From the NCBI GenBank assembly GCA_021796415.1, contig JAJYJC010000002.1, positions 7,983 to 71,982 of the forward strand: a stretch of 64,000 bases of DNA, in the 5' to 3' direction. Source of the stretch: a bacterium. GTDB taxonomy: Bacteria; Patescibacteriota; CPR2; UBA1875; JAJYID01. The first letter of the stretch is position 1. Each line of letters begins with the position of its first letter. The notes beneath the pieces are model-generated. The model had not been told where the DNA came from, did no database searches, and saw only the letters and a program-made list of their open reading frames with translations. Position numbers and translations under genes: made by a program. Shown piece after piece: positions 49,168-59,246 of the stretch.

Positions 49168-49769
49168 ATAAAGATAAAAAAATTGCTATCGATATCGCCC
49201 TGATTCCTCCTAGTGATGTCATCGAACTGTTCATTAGGATAAATCAAGAGGCCGGGGAAAAAGTCTGGGGGCCGCTTGGCAAAGACGATTATATCCCACA
49301 TATATCTTTGGCGATGGGGTGTATCAAGGAAGATGATTTGACCGCGGTCAAAGAAATTGTCGAGAAGGTGGCGGCAAGTTTTAGTCCCATTGACATTGTG
49401 CTCGACAAGCTTTATTTTGCCCAAAAGCCGGGTGACGATAGGAATTATGCTATTGGCGCAAAGAGATCTTCGCTGCTTCAAGAACTCCACGAAAATATAA
49501 TGAACAAACTCCGAGATTATCTGACATATGACTGCACAAAAGAAATGATATTTAGAGAATCGGGCCAGGAAGTGACGGAGCCAAACTACATCAATAAGTT
49601 CCTCCTGGAGCATAGCTTCGAAAACTACGAAGCTCACATTACTACGCGGGCGAAAGTTGGGGTGGGAGAAAAAGATTTGCCGATTGAGTTTATTGCCAGC
49701 CGAATTGCTATCTGTCACATTGGTACCATGACTACCTGCCGGAGAGTGTTATGGGAGAAAAATTTATGA
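49164..49769 (+). CDS. 2H phosphoesterase (LigT/2'-5' RNA ligase-like)
   Basis: Two HxT/Sx motifs (PHISLA and AHITTRA). Confidence 0.55.
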   Translation: MNKDKKIAIDIALIPPSDVIELFIRINQEAGEKVWGPLGKDDYIPHISLAMGCIKEDDLTAVKEIVEKVAASFSPIDIVLDKLYFAQKPGDDRNYAIGAKRSSLLQELHENIMNKLRDYLTYDCTKEMIFRESGQEVTEPNYINKFLLEHSFENYEAHITTRAKVGVGEKDLPIEFIASRIAICHIGTMTTCRRVLWEKNL

Positions 49770-50158
49770 ACGAGCTAACCCTACATCATTGCTCGAAAAG
49801 AATAGCTCCCGGGAGCTTGGATTTCGTAATGGATTTGTTCGGGCAGCTGGGATGCAAAGAGTCGTATCGGGAAGACGGCGCGGCTTGGGCGATGGTCGAG
49901 CAAGACGACAGGTTTATCATCCAGCTGATAGAAACAGACCAAAAGCCGGAAGCAACAGAGAAGAAAAGCAACTCTCATATAGCCTTCCTTTCAGACGACC
50001 CAAAAGCTGACATTGATGAAATTGGTGAGTGGGTTGAAGACAGGGGGTTTGCATTTATCGATGGCCAATGGTCTGGGAGAGAGCGATACTTTGATTGCCC
50101 TGAGGTATTTGTCGACTTTGTAGTTGAGATAATGGACAGAAGCGTCATTGAAAATTGA
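49766..50158 (+). CDS. glyoxalase/VOC-family-like protein
   Basis: ATGA overlap with the upstream gene. Weak VOC-like pattern (SHIAFLSDDP). Confidence 0.35.
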   Translation: MNELTLHHCSKRIAPGSLDFVMDLFGQLGCKESYREDGAAWAMVEQDDRFIIQLIETDQKPEATEKKSNSHIAFLSDDPKADIDEIGEWVEDRGFAFIDGQWSGRERYFDCPEVFVDFVVEIMDRSVIEN

Positions 50159-50208
50159 TGTAAACTCGACCTTAATCTTTTCTTGAGTTAAAAAATCTGC
50201 TAAAGTTA

Positions 50209-50841
50209 TTGAGCCAATTAATGGAGAGGAGCATGGATAGCAGGGAGAAGAAAATAGCCGACTTTCTTTTTGAAATCGGGACGATGCGAAAGTTGCCGAG
50301 AATGCATCAGCAAATGATACTGACGCAGGATTTATCCGACAATATTGCAACCCATTCTTATCGTGTGGCGATAATTGCTTGGTTCTTGGCTAAAATGGAA
50401 AAGGCGGATCCATACAAGGCTGTTGTGATGGCGCTCTTTCATGATACTAAAGAGATAAGAAGCGGCGACCATAACTATGTCCATAAAAAATATGTAAAAA
50501 TATACGAGGATGAGATAGCGGAAGAGCAGCTTGGCAATCTGCCATTTGATGATATATTCGAACTGAATAAGGAATACGAGGTCAGGGGGAGCAAGGAAGC
50601 CGTCGTGGCGAAGGACGCTGACATGCTTGATCAAATCCTATTGCTAAAAGAATATGTCCATCAAGGAAATGAGGAAGCAAATATCTGGCTTGGCGGAAAA
50701 GGCAGGAAGGGTGCGGTAGGCAAGGAGAATATCCAATACAAAAGGTTGAAAACCGATTCGGCGAAAAAGCTTGGGAAAGAGATTCTGGACGGCAACGTTT
50801 CCGAGTGGTGGGAAAATCTCTGGACCGCAAAAAACAGATGA
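50209..50841 (+). CDS. HD-domain phosphohydrolase (YfbR-like)
   Basis: HSYRVA...LFHDTKEIRSGD (H...HD...D). Confidence 0.65.
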   Translation: MSQLMERSMDSREKKIADFLFEIGTMRKLPRMHQQMILTQDLSDNIATHSYRVAIIAWFLAKMEKADPYKAVVMALFHDTKEIRSGDHNYVHKKYVKIYEDEIAEEQLGNLPFDDIFELNKEYEVRGSKEAVVAKDADMLDQILLLKEYVHQGNEEANIWLGGKGRKGAVGKENIQYKRLKTDSAKKLGKEILDGNVSEWWENLWTAKNR

Positions 50842-51053
50842 TAGTTTATTGTAAAAAAGCATAAAGATAATTGGGGTATTTTGTTTTTTAATTTGGTTAA
50901 ATGAATTTGTGGTGACACAAGCTTAGCATGGTTAACGTGTCATTCTCGCGGAGGCGGGAATCTATATTAATAAAGAGCCGGGTTCCCGCCTCCGCGGGAA
51001 TGACAAAGAGAGCGGATGACAGAGAAAGAATAACAAAGGAAGGAGTTTATGTG

Positions 51054-51557
51054 ATGGCTGAGGAATCACAAACAGAAAGAGATATGAAGTTTGCGCTTGC
51101 GGGGGAGTCCCAAGCCAGGCGAAAATACAAGGCGTTTGGCGAAAAGGCCAAGGAGGAAGGCTACACTCAAGTCGCCAAGCTTTTTAAAGCGGCGGAAATG
51201 GGCGAAACTATCCACTCGGGATATTTTTTAAACAAACTCGGTCAGGTCAAGAAAACCAAGGAAAACTTGCAGGCGGCAGTCGATGGAGAAACATACGAGG
51301 CGAATAAGGTTTATCCGGCTATGATGGATGACGCGGAGGCAGAGGGCAGAGAAGATGTGAAGACTTATGTGGGATTTGTCCGTGATGTCGAGGCATTGCA
51401 TGCCAGGCTTTTCAAAGAAGCGCTGGATAATCTGGGCAAGAACAAGGAAGTTGACTACTATATCTGCGGAGGCTGCGGGGCGGTGACCGAGGGCAAGCCG
51501 GACAAATGTCCTGTTTGCGGCGCGCCGGGCGCGAAGTTTGTGAAGGTGGAGATTTAG
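51054..51557 (+). CDS. rubrerythrin
   Basis: Ferritin-like E...ExxH pairs plus a C-terminal rubredoxin-like CGGCG...CPVCG. SD aaggaaggag. Confidence 0.75.
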   Translation: MAEESQTERDMKFALAGESQARRKYKAFGEKAKEEGYTQVAKLFKAAEMGETIHSGYFLNKLGQVKKTKENLQAAVDGETYEANKVYPAMMDDAEAEGREDVKTYVGFVRDVEALHARLFKEALDNLGKNKEVDYYICGGCGAVTEGKPDKCPVCGAPGAKFVKVEI

Positions 51558-51783
51558 TTTTTAAGGTGCCGGAACTTTAATCTGCTATAAAGATCTTATG
51601 GCCGCACCGATGTCATTCCGGACTATTCCTTTAAAGTGTAGTCAGTTGACCTGCCTGCCGGCGAGGCAGGTCCGGAATCCAGGTATTTTTATAGATTCTA
51701 AAGTTAAATTTAGAATGACAAGAGAGAGATCCTTCGACTTCGCTCAGGATGACGCGGGGCGGCAAAAAAACACTTGACAAGGT

Positions 51784-51812
51784 AGCGTAAGTGTGATACT
51801 ATGTTGCATCAC
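51784..51812 (+). promoter_or_regulatory. consensus sigma-70 promoter (TTGACA, 17-nt spacer, TACTAT)
   Basis: Read directly from the sequence. About 270 nt of non-coding leader precede the next ORF. Confidence 0.5.
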
Positions 51813-52081
51813 GGTAGAAAAAGACAGTTTTGGTTGAGATTAGACACACATTGAAAACTTGATTGTAACCGGAGCAACTGGGGATGCGCCACATATCCTT
51901 TGGAAGGGACGCGTACCGCGTCGAAGCGGGATGTATCATTAACTTGATCCCAAAGCTTTTCTGGAGGAAGATGACCTTCTTTGGTTGCTCTTTTAGTAAA
52001 TATAAACAGTTTATTTATTGTTGGAGCTGCTAGAATTGATCTACAATTCTGACGATTCTAACAATTAAAGCAGGATTTAAG

Positions 52082-52657
52082 ATGAATGAAATAAATTGGA
52101 AAATGCTCGTGGTGCCGGTAGTGATTCTTTTTGTGTTTATCGGCGGCATCATCGGTATAGTAAATTGGCAAAAATCTCAGCAGTCAAATAGCGCCATCTC
52201 GGTCAATATTCCCGAGGGGGCTGTTCAGACTACTGAAAAGCAAACTATCGTGAGCGGCAATGTTCCGGCCGGCAGTAAAGTTACCGTAAATGGCCAAGAA
52301 GCAAAGGTTGGTGATGACGGTGCATATAGCGCAACCGTTAACCTCAAGGAAGGCGAAAACAAGATTGAAATCAAATCCGTAAAGGATGGCAAAACAAGCA
52401 CCGTAACAAGGACTATTAAACTTGTTGCGGCATCTGCCGGAACGAGCGCACCTCCCACAACCACACCGCCTACAACCGTTGCGCCTCAGAGCGGTGCCGT
52501 TTCAACCCCCGCTGCGCCAGCTCCGCAAGCTTCTAACTTAAGCACATCAGGACCAGAGGACATGATCCTGCCGGTTGCCGGATTTGCGGGAATAGTTATC
52601 GTGGCAGGCTATTACCTAAAAAGCAAAAAGAAACTCGGCAAGTCACTTCGAAAATAA
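52082..52657 (+). CDS. surface protein with an N-terminal signal anchor and a C-terminal sortase-like sorting signal
   Basis: Thr/Pro-rich linker, then LPVAG, a hydrophobic stretch and a KSKKKLGKSLRK tail. Confidence 0.45.
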   Translation: MNEINWKMLVVPVVILFVFIGGIIGIVNWQKSQQSNSAISVNIPEGAVQTTEKQTIVSGNVPAGSKVTVNGQEAKVGDDGAYSATVNLKEGENKIEIKSVKDGKTSTVTRTIKLVAASAGTSAPPTTTPPTTVAPQSGAVSTPAAPAPQASNLSTSGPEDMILPVAGFAGIVIVAGYYLKSKKKLGKSLRK

Positions 52658-52689
52658 ACTTTAAATTAATTTCATAGAAATAACGGCTC

Positions 52690-52763
52690 ACGGGCCGTTA
52701 TTTCTATTTTGCTCACTACTCTAATACAGTTTAGAGTAGTGGTTTTTTGTCTTGTTATTCAAA
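52690..52763 (+). terminator. tandem intrinsic terminators
   Basis: aaataacggc-tcacgg-gccgttattt, then cactactctaa-tacagtt-tagagtagtg plus a T6 run. Confidence 0.55.
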
Positions 52764-52860
52764 ATTAAATAATCGCAATAAAGAGTTGCAAAAAAAAACG
52801 ATTATTTATAATTATGTTTATAGGAGAGTAATATCTTATAAGCATAAAAAAGGAGTAATT

Positions 52861-53409
52861 ATGGCAGAGCAAGAACGCCCGCATTGCGATGAGTATATTG
52901 AGGAAATTGAAAATTCAAGAAGAGATGTATCGAAAGGAGATAATGAAGAGCATGATAGAGCTCGGGCAATGGCCGAAGCAGAGGATCCTTATCAGGAAGG
53001 AATGATAATCGCCAAAAAACTAGGAGTGAATTACAGTGAAATGATAGGTGGTATAGGGAGTGGCAATTTAAAAAAGCAAGCAGATAAAGCGGCAGAGTTG
53101 GCGGCGGAAAAATATGATCGTGAAAGCAATGAAACTACGAAAGAGCAAGATGCTTACCAGCGGCTGGCGGATCAGATGATACTCCATGCATTGAAGAATG
53201 GAGTATGCGGTGTAAAGGAAACTACAAAAATCAATGTCGGCGGGGATCAAAGAATGATAAATTTTTCAAAACTTGAAGAGATATTAAATGACAGGCTATA
53301 TGAACAGACTGATGAGGAAGTAGAGCAAAAAGTGCCAGGTTTCGGCCTCATTAAAGAAGGAGACTATCTAGGGGTGGAGTACGATAAACCCATAGAAAAA
53401 TCAGAGTAA
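52861..53409 (+). CDS. hypothetical acidic protein (~183 aa)
   Basis: ATG preceded by aaaaggagtaatt. Confidence 0.45.
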   Translation: MAEQERPHCDEYIEEIENSRRDVSKGDNEEHDRARAMAEAEDPYQEGMIIAKKLGVNYSEMIGGIGSGNLKKQADKAAELAAEKYDRESNETTKEQDAYQRLADQMILHALKNGVCGVKETTKINVGGDQRMINFSKLEEILNDRLYEQTDEEVEQKVPGFGLIKEGDYLGVEYDKPIEKSE

Positions 53410-53556
53410 TGTTCTTTAAGAAAATAGCTCTTCCGAGTCGTTATTTTGCGTAATCCGTTACTATTATAATACAGTTTAGGGTAGTGGTTTTGTTACACTA
53501 ACATAGTATTAGTATAATGGCAGATGAAAAATTTTGATAAATTCTAAAAGGCTTCT

Positions 53557-53757
53557 TTATTTAGATTCTTTTCTCTTCGAAAATATGAAGATATAGATGA
53601 TCTCAAGGATTGCCAAGGTGTTAACGATTAACAAGATTACAAACCAAGCCTGATCGTTGTTACGAGCTGATTTCCATAGCGCGACGCCTTTCCAGGGAAT
53701 CGTCCATATGGCTAGCAGTGCAATAATCCACAAGTTGTGCTGTACAAACTCTCTCAT
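53557..53757 (-). CDS. small membrane protein (66 aa)
   Basis: Two hydrophobic helices. Confidence 0.4.
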   Translation of the reverse strand: MREFVQHNLWIIALLAIWTIPWKGVALWKSARNNDQAWFVILLIVNTLAILEIIYIFIFSKRKESK

Positions 53758-54210
53758 TTTTTTCTCCTTTTTTATAGTCCTTATTATAGCATAACTATCG
53801 ATTTAGCCATTATTTTATTTAGTAACCCTTCACACCTGTCATCCCGAGTCCGTTCGACAAGCTCAGGGTAAACCTCGCGATAGCAGAGCCGAGAGATCTT
53901 TAACTCAGAATGACCAATAACCAATAAAACCTCGAATTTGAAAATTGATAAATTGGAACATTCATTGAAAATTGAAAATTGTGAATTAAAAATTAAGTCA
54001 AGGGATTCTCCGCTCGTCCCCGGCATAGCCGGGTCGGTCGAAATGGCAGAAATATTTTTAAGGTAATCATGTTTACCCTTTACACAAAGGTGATTTTTTG
54101 GTATCATTTATTGGTGATTGGGTTAATAGGTAAATTGGTGGATGGTAAAATTCACAACTAACTAACTAACCAACTAACCTATTTACCGATTTATCAACTA
54201 ACCAATACTT

Positions 54211-55428
54211 ATGGCAAAAGCAAAAGAAATGACAATGGAGGACCTTCTATCCTCATACGGAGACATTAGCGTTCCTCAAGACGGGGATGTAATAGAAGGC
54301 AAGATTATAAATATCACCAAAAACGGCGTGTGGCTTGACCTTGGCACATACGGCACCGGACTTGTTGTCGGGCCGGAAGTTTATGACTTGGAAGGCGAGG
54401 CTAAGGTTGGCGATACCATGAATGCGTCGGTTATCGCACAAGAGACGGACGAAGGTTATGTCCTCCTGTCTCTTCGAAAGGCAACCCGCGAAAAGGTCTG
54501 GGAGAAGCTGACGCGCATGATGAATGAAGGCGAGGTATTTAAAGTAAAGCCATTTGACGCAAACAAGGGCGGATTGCTCATCGAATATGAAACGGTCAGA
54601 GGATTTCTGCCTGTTTCCCAGCTTTCAACGGAACACTATCCGCGAGTGGCTGATAAAGATGAGATTTTGATACGGCTCAACGACCTTATCGGCAAGGCGC
54701 TCGATGTGGTCGTGCTCGATACGGATAAAGGCGAGGGCAAACTGATATTCTCGGAGAAGGCGGCGAACAAGGATAAAACCGAGGAGCTCTTGTCTAAGTT
54801 TAAAATCAATGACAAGGTAAAGGGCAAGGTCACCGGCGTAGTAGATTTTGGCATATTCTTGAATGTCCAAGGAGTTGAGGGATTGGTTCATATCTCTGAA
54901 ATTTCATGGGACAGAGTGGAAAATCCATCGGATTTTGTCAAAATCGGCGATGAGATAGAGGTTCAAATCATAGGGATTGAAGATGAAAAGATTTCTCTTT
55001 CCATGAAGAGATTGCAAGATGACCCGTGGCTTAAAAAGGTCAAAGATTTGAAAGTTGGAGAAAAAGTTAAGGGCGAAGTTTCAAGAATTACGCCATTTGG
55101 CGCCTTTGTAAAGCTTCCGCAGGGTATAGAAGCATTGGTGCACATATCTGAGCTTTCTGAAAAGCACATTGCCTCCCCTGATGAAGTTGTCCAAGAAGGA
55201 AAAGGCTATGATTTCAAGATAATTTCGCTTGATAACGAAAATCACAAGTTGGCGCTAAGTTTGAAGAATGTGAAGGCAGCGTCCAAAAAGGAAACCGAAA
55301 AAGCACCGAAAGACGCAAAGAAAGACGCCGCAAAAGCGCCGAAAACCACGCCGAACGCGGCTAAGGCAGCGTCAAACGCTGCTGGGGCAAAAAAAGCAGC
55401 ATCTAGCGATGCCAAGGCTGAAAAATAG
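54211..55428 (+). CDS. rpsA: 30S ribosomal protein S1
   Basis: Four S1 domains (e.g. VKGKVTGVVDFGIFLNVQGVEGLVHISEIS, VKGEVSRITPFGAFVKLPQGIEALVHISELS). Confidence 0.85.
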   Translation: MAKAKEMTMEDLLSSYGDISVPQDGDVIEGKIINITKNGVWLDLGTYGTGLVVGPEVYDLEGEAKVGDTMNASVIAQETDEGYVLLSLRKATREKVWEKLTRMMNEGEVFKVKPFDANKGGLLIEYETVRGFLPVSQLSTEHYPRVADKDEILIRLNDLIGKALDVVVLDTDKGEGKLIFSEKAANKDKTEELLSKFKINDKVKGKVTGVVDFGIFLNVQGVEGLVHISEISWDRVENPSDFVKIGDEIEVQIIGIEDEKISLSMKRLQDDPWLKKVKDLKVGEKVKGEVSRITPFGAFVKLPQGIEALVHISELSEKHIASPDEVVQEGKGYDFKIISLDNENHKLALSLKNVKAASKKETEKAPKDAKKDAAKAPKTTPNAAKAASNAAGAKKAASSDAKAEK

Positions 55429-55469
55429 TAAGATGATGTAGACTTCTTGTTAAAAAATTTTGATTTTCA

Positions 55470-55500
55470 AGAAATCTCCGTCTAAGCGTGAGATTTTTTG
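55470..55500 (+). terminator. intrinsic terminator after rpsA
   Basis: aaatctc-cgtctaagcgt-gagattt followed by a T-run. Confidence 0.5.
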
Positions 55501-55623
55501 ATACCCCTCATTCGTCATTCTGGCTTGACCAGAATCCGTATATAGGGGATTAAGATTCTGGACCCTCCCAAGGCGGACAAGCAAGCCAGAATGACACAAA
55601 AAGTAAATTAATTTCAACGAACA

Positions 55624-57396
55624 ATGACAGAAAAAACAGAGAAAAAACAAATACCAGAGGTAGTCACAGTAGGTGGATTTGCTGATGCGCTGGGCGTTCC
55701 TGTGGCGAAAGTCGTTGCCGAACTTATGAAAAATGGCGTGATGGCGACCATAAATGAGTACATTGATTTCGAAACCGCTGCTATTATCGCCGAGTATATG
55801 GGTTTTGAGGTTGAAAGGGCAACAGAAGAACAGAAAAACAGAAAAACAGAAAAACAAACAAAATCGCCTGAGGACTCGGCTAATCTTGTTTCGCGACCGC
55901 CCATCGTGGCTGTTTTAGGCCACGTCGATCATGGTAAGACATCGCTTCTTGATGCCATTCGCGAAACAAATGTTGTGGGCGGCGAGTCGGGCGGCATAAC
56001 CCAGCATATTGGCGCTTACCAGGTTGAGAAGGATGGCCGGAAAATTACATTTTTGGATACCCCGGGACACGCCGCGTTTGAAAAAATGAGAGAGCACGGC
56101 GCGCAGTTTACGGATATCTCTCTGATATTAATCGCGGCAGATGATGGCGTCAAACCTCAGACGGTGGAAGCCATAAATCACTCTAAAAAAGCAGAAACGC
56201 CGATGATTGTTGTGGTTACGAAAATTGACAAGCCAGACTCGGATATAAACAGGATAAAGCAACAAATGGCAGAGCTTGGCCTGACTCCGGAGGATTGGGG
56301 CGGCGACATCCCGGTGGCAGAAGTGTCGGCAAAAACACGGCAGGGGTTGGATGACCTTTTGGACTTGATCCTTGTGATGTCTGATATTAAAGAATTTAAA
56401 GCCGATCCCAAGATGCCCGCTTCCGGTATAGTTATCGAAACTCACATCGATTACGGAAAAGGTCCGGTTGCCACCATTTTAATAAAAAACGGCACACTTC
56501 ATGTCGGTGACTTTGTCGCTGTGGGAGAAACTTATGGCAAGATAAGGAGCATGGAGAGCTATAACAAAAAAAGAATTAAAGAGGCAGAGCCTTCAGCGCC
56601 GGTAAAAATATCCGGCTTAAGAGGCGTACCCAAGGTATCCGATCTGCTCCAAGTATTTAGTGACGAGAAGGAAGCAAGGGCCGAGGTAGAAAATATTAAG
56701 AAAAGAAAGACTATCAGCAGCCTTTCAAAAGTAAAGAAAATAGGAGTAGAGGAGCTATCTGCCTCGATGAGAGACAGCGAGAAAAAAGAACTTAGCATAG
56801 TTTTGAAGGCTGATGTTCGCGGATCTCTGGATGCAATTAAAGAGGCCTTCAACAAAATTTCAAATGACGAGGTATCTGTAAAGGTGGTCTCCGGCAAAGT
56901 CGGCGCCGTCAATGAAAGCGACATTGCAATGGCGAAGTCATCGGACAACATAATCATCGGATTTAACGTGTCTGTTTCCTCAAATATCGATCAGCTGGCA
57001 AAGAAGGAAAAGGTTAAAATCTATTCATACAAAGTGATATATGAACTTTTGGATGATGTAAAAGAGCTTCTTTCCGACCTGTTGCCGCCGGAAATGAAGG
57101 AACTGACACTCGGCAAGCTGAAAGTATTGGCAATTTTTAAATCGAAAAAAGGGCAAATGATCGTCGGAGGAGAGGTTAGGGAAGGCAAAATCGAAAAAAA
57201 CACTGAGGCGAAAGTGATTAGGGGCAAAGAAGAAATCGGCAGAGCGAACATCACTCTGGTAAAGAGAGAGAAAGAGGAAGTTCGCGAAGTCCAGGTTGGA
57301 AGCCAGTGTGGCATAAGCCTTGACAAAGAATTGCCGGTTGAGGAAGGGGACACAGTTGAATCCTTCAGAACCGAACGGGTGAAAAGGACCCTCTAA
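55624..57396 (+). CDS. infB: translation initiation factor IF-2
   Basis: G domain VAVLGHVDHGKTSLLDAIR...DTPGHAAF...NKID, and C-terminal domains. Confidence 0.9.
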   Translation: MTEKTEKKQIPEVVTVGGFADALGVPVAKVVAELMKNGVMATINEYIDFETAAIIAEYMGFEVERATEEQKNRKTEKQTKSPEDSANLVSRPPIVAVLGHVDHGKTSLLDAIRETNVVGGESGGITQHIGAYQVEKDGRKITFLDTPGHAAFEKMREHGAQFTDISLILIAADDGVKPQTVEAINHSKKAETPMIVVVTKIDKPDSDINRIKQQMAELGLTPEDWGGDIPVAEVSAKTRQGLDDLLDLILVMSDIKEFKADPKMPASGIVIETHIDYGKGPVATILIKNGTLHVGDFVAVGETYGKIRSMESYNKKRIKEAEPSAPVKISGLRGVPKVSDLLQVFSDEKEARAEVENIKKRKTISSLSKVKKIGVEELSASMRDSEKKELSIVLKADVRGSLDAIKEAFNKISNDEVSVKVVSGKVGAVNESDIAMAKSSDNIIIGFNVSVSSNIDQLAKKEKVKIYSYKVIYELLDDVKELLSDLLPPEMKELTLGKLKVLAIFKSKKGQMIVGGEVREGKIEKNTEAKVIRGKEEIGRANITLVKREKEEVREVQVGSQCGISLDKELPVEEGDTVESFRTERVKRTL

Positions 57397-57473
57397 ATTA
57401 CAAATTTCAAATTCAAAATAACAAATAAAATTCCAAATGTATTAATTACAATAATTTGATATTGGATGCTCAA

Positions 57474-57794
57474 ATGGCAGACAGAATAAGAAAAGTAAAT
57501 GAATTCCTACGGCATGAAATAGCAGAATGCTTAAAAGCGCAGGATTTTGACGGGCTCGTAACGGTGAAAGCGATCGAGACCGGCCGAGACATGAAATCGG
57601 CGTGTGTGTGGATAAGTGTTTTGGGCAATGAAGAAGAAGTTTTGGATGAAATCGAGAGCAATAAGAAACAGATACAAAGATTTATAAACACAAAGATGCA
57701 GACAAAAAATGTCCCCCGCCTTTCGTTTAAAATTGACCGTTCGGGAGAGCACGCCCAAAGAATCGAGGAACTCATAAGAAATGAAGAGAGTTAA
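57474..57794 (+). CDS. rbfA: ribosome-binding factor A
   Basis: MADRIRKVNEFLRHEIAECL N-terminus typical of RbfA. Located downstream of infB. Confidence 0.75.
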   Translation: MADRIRKVNEFLRHEIAECLKAQDFDGLVTVKAIETGRDMKSACVWISVLGNEEEVLDEIESNKKQIQRFINTKMQTKNVPRLSFKIDRSGEHAQRIEELIRNEES

Positions 57795-58758
57795 TTCCAG
57801 CGAAATTGCCGAGCAGCTGAAAAGAGCGCAAAAAGTCGCTATTTTCGGCCACGTCTCACCGGATACGGATTGTTATGGCAGCGCCATAGGGCTAAAAATG
57901 GGCCTTGAGAGCGAAGACAAAGAAGCTTACGTCTACCTGCCTGAGGAGATGCCCTACAATCTGGTATTCCTAAATAACTATGGTTCGTTTCAGGAAGAAA
58001 AAGCTGCAAAGGACGCGGATCTGGCAGTGGTCCTCGATTGTTCGAGTGTGAGCCGAGCGCATTCCGCCGACATGCTTAAATACTATAAAAATACCGGCGT
58101 AAGGGTAGTTTTGATAGATCATCATCTGCCGGGCGATTTATTAACTTTTGCCGATATGGGCTGGCAGGATGAGAAGATAAGTTCGGTGAGCGAGATGATT
58201 CTTGCGGTACTAAAGGAAATGCGGGTCAATATCCAGAAAGGCATTGCTACCTATCTGCTTGCCGGGATAGAGGGCGACACTTCCAGTTTTCAGAACCAAA
58301 ACACGACTCAATCTTCATTTGAGGCAGCCGCATATTTAATGTCAAAAGGGGCGAGATTTGGGTCGATTATCAGTAATACTATTAATTCAAAAAGAAACCT
58401 AAATCTCATCAAACTTTACGGACTGGCTCTTGAAAGGGTTATTTACAACAAGAAGTATAAGACGGCGACTACATACATAACGCTTGAGGATTTGAAAAAA
58501 TACGAGCTGGACGAGGACGGGTCATACAGCGAGATGATTAACTACTTGAATACAGTTAACGGTATCAAGATGATTGTTCTTATAACGGAAAAATCAGACA
58601 ATGAACTGAAGGTCAGCCTGCGGACAAGGGATGATGGTGTGAATGTGCAAGTCTTGGCTAAGGCTCTTGGCGGTGGCGGGCATGCGAAGGCCAGCGGTTT
58701 TTCCCTAAAGGGCCGGATTGCCAATGAGAATGGAAAAATAAAAATTTGTTGCCTTTAA
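57781..58758 (+). CDS. DHH-family phosphoesterase (NrnA-like oligoribonuclease/pAp phosphatase)
   Basis: DHH motifs VAIFGHVSPDTD, DHH and GGGGHAKASG (DHHA1). Confidence 0.75.
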   Translation: MKRVNSSEIAEQLKRAQKVAIFGHVSPDTDCYGSAIGLKMGLESEDKEAYVYLPEEMPYNLVFLNNYGSFQEEKAAKDADLAVVLDCSSVSRAHSADMLKYYKNTGVRVVLIDHHLPGDLLTFADMGWQDEKISSVSEMILAVLKEMRVNIQKGIATYLLAGIEGDTSSFQNQNTTQSSFEAAAYLMSKGARFGSIISNTINSKRNLNLIKLYGLALERVIYNKKYKTATTYITLEDLKKYELDEDGSYSEMINYLNTVNGIKMIVLITEKSDNELKVSLRTRDDGVNVQVLAKALGGGGHAKASGFSLKGRIANENGKIKICCL

Positions 58759-58801
58759 AATTATATTTATGCTAATATGTAAGTTGTACAAGAGGTAAGA
58801 A

Positions 58802-59185
58802 ATGGACGAAAGTAAAAAAACAAAAATTTTAATCATTGAAGACGATAGATTTATCGCCAAGATGTATCAGACAAAATTGAGCCTGGAAGGTTATGATGTT
58901 GATGTTGCTGAAAATGGCCAGATAGGGGTTGAGAAAATAAAAAGCTTCCAGCCCGACCTGGTTCTTTTAGATATTATTATGCCTGAAATGGACGGATTTG
59001 GCGTTTTGGAAGTCATACGGGATGATGCGGCCATAAACTCTACGCCTGTGATTATAATGAGCAACCTTGCCCAAGAAGACCACCTAAAGAGAGCAAAAGC
59101 TCTTGGCGCCAAAGACTATATAGTCAAGAGCCAATATACACCGCTGGATGTGGTAAAAAAGATACAGGAGGTCTTGGCGCGCTAG
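58802..59185 (+). CDS. stand-alone response-regulator receiver domain (CheY-like)
   Basis: ILIIEDD...DLVLLDIIMPEMDG...TPVIIMS...K. Confidence 0.75.
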   Translation: MDESKKTKILIIEDDRFIAKMYQTKLSLEGYDVDVAENGQIGVEKIKSFQPDLVLLDIIMPEMDGFGVLEVIRDDAAINSTPVIIMSNLAQEDHLKRAKALGAKDYIVKSQYTPLDVVKKIQEVLAR

Positions 59186-59246
59186 CTAGGCCATGTATTT
59201 GAACGCTTTCAGCGAATAGGACCCCTCAAAAATATATGCTGGATTT

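Noticed and set aside
49158-49718. 186-aa minus-strand ORF
   Set aside because: It is antisense to the 2H-phosphoesterase gene, whose HxTx motifs support the plus-strand reading.
50928-51053. Upstream extension of the rubrerythrin ORF (tracked start 50928)
   Set aside because: The extension translates the GC-rich inverted-repeat hairpin. A strong SD (aaggaaggag) precedes the internal ATG at 51054, giving a normal-length rubrerythrin.
56128-57353. Minus-strand ORFs inside infB (56128-56445, 56559-56957, 57021-57353)
   Set aside because: They are antisense to IF-2, whose G-domain motifs are unambiguous.
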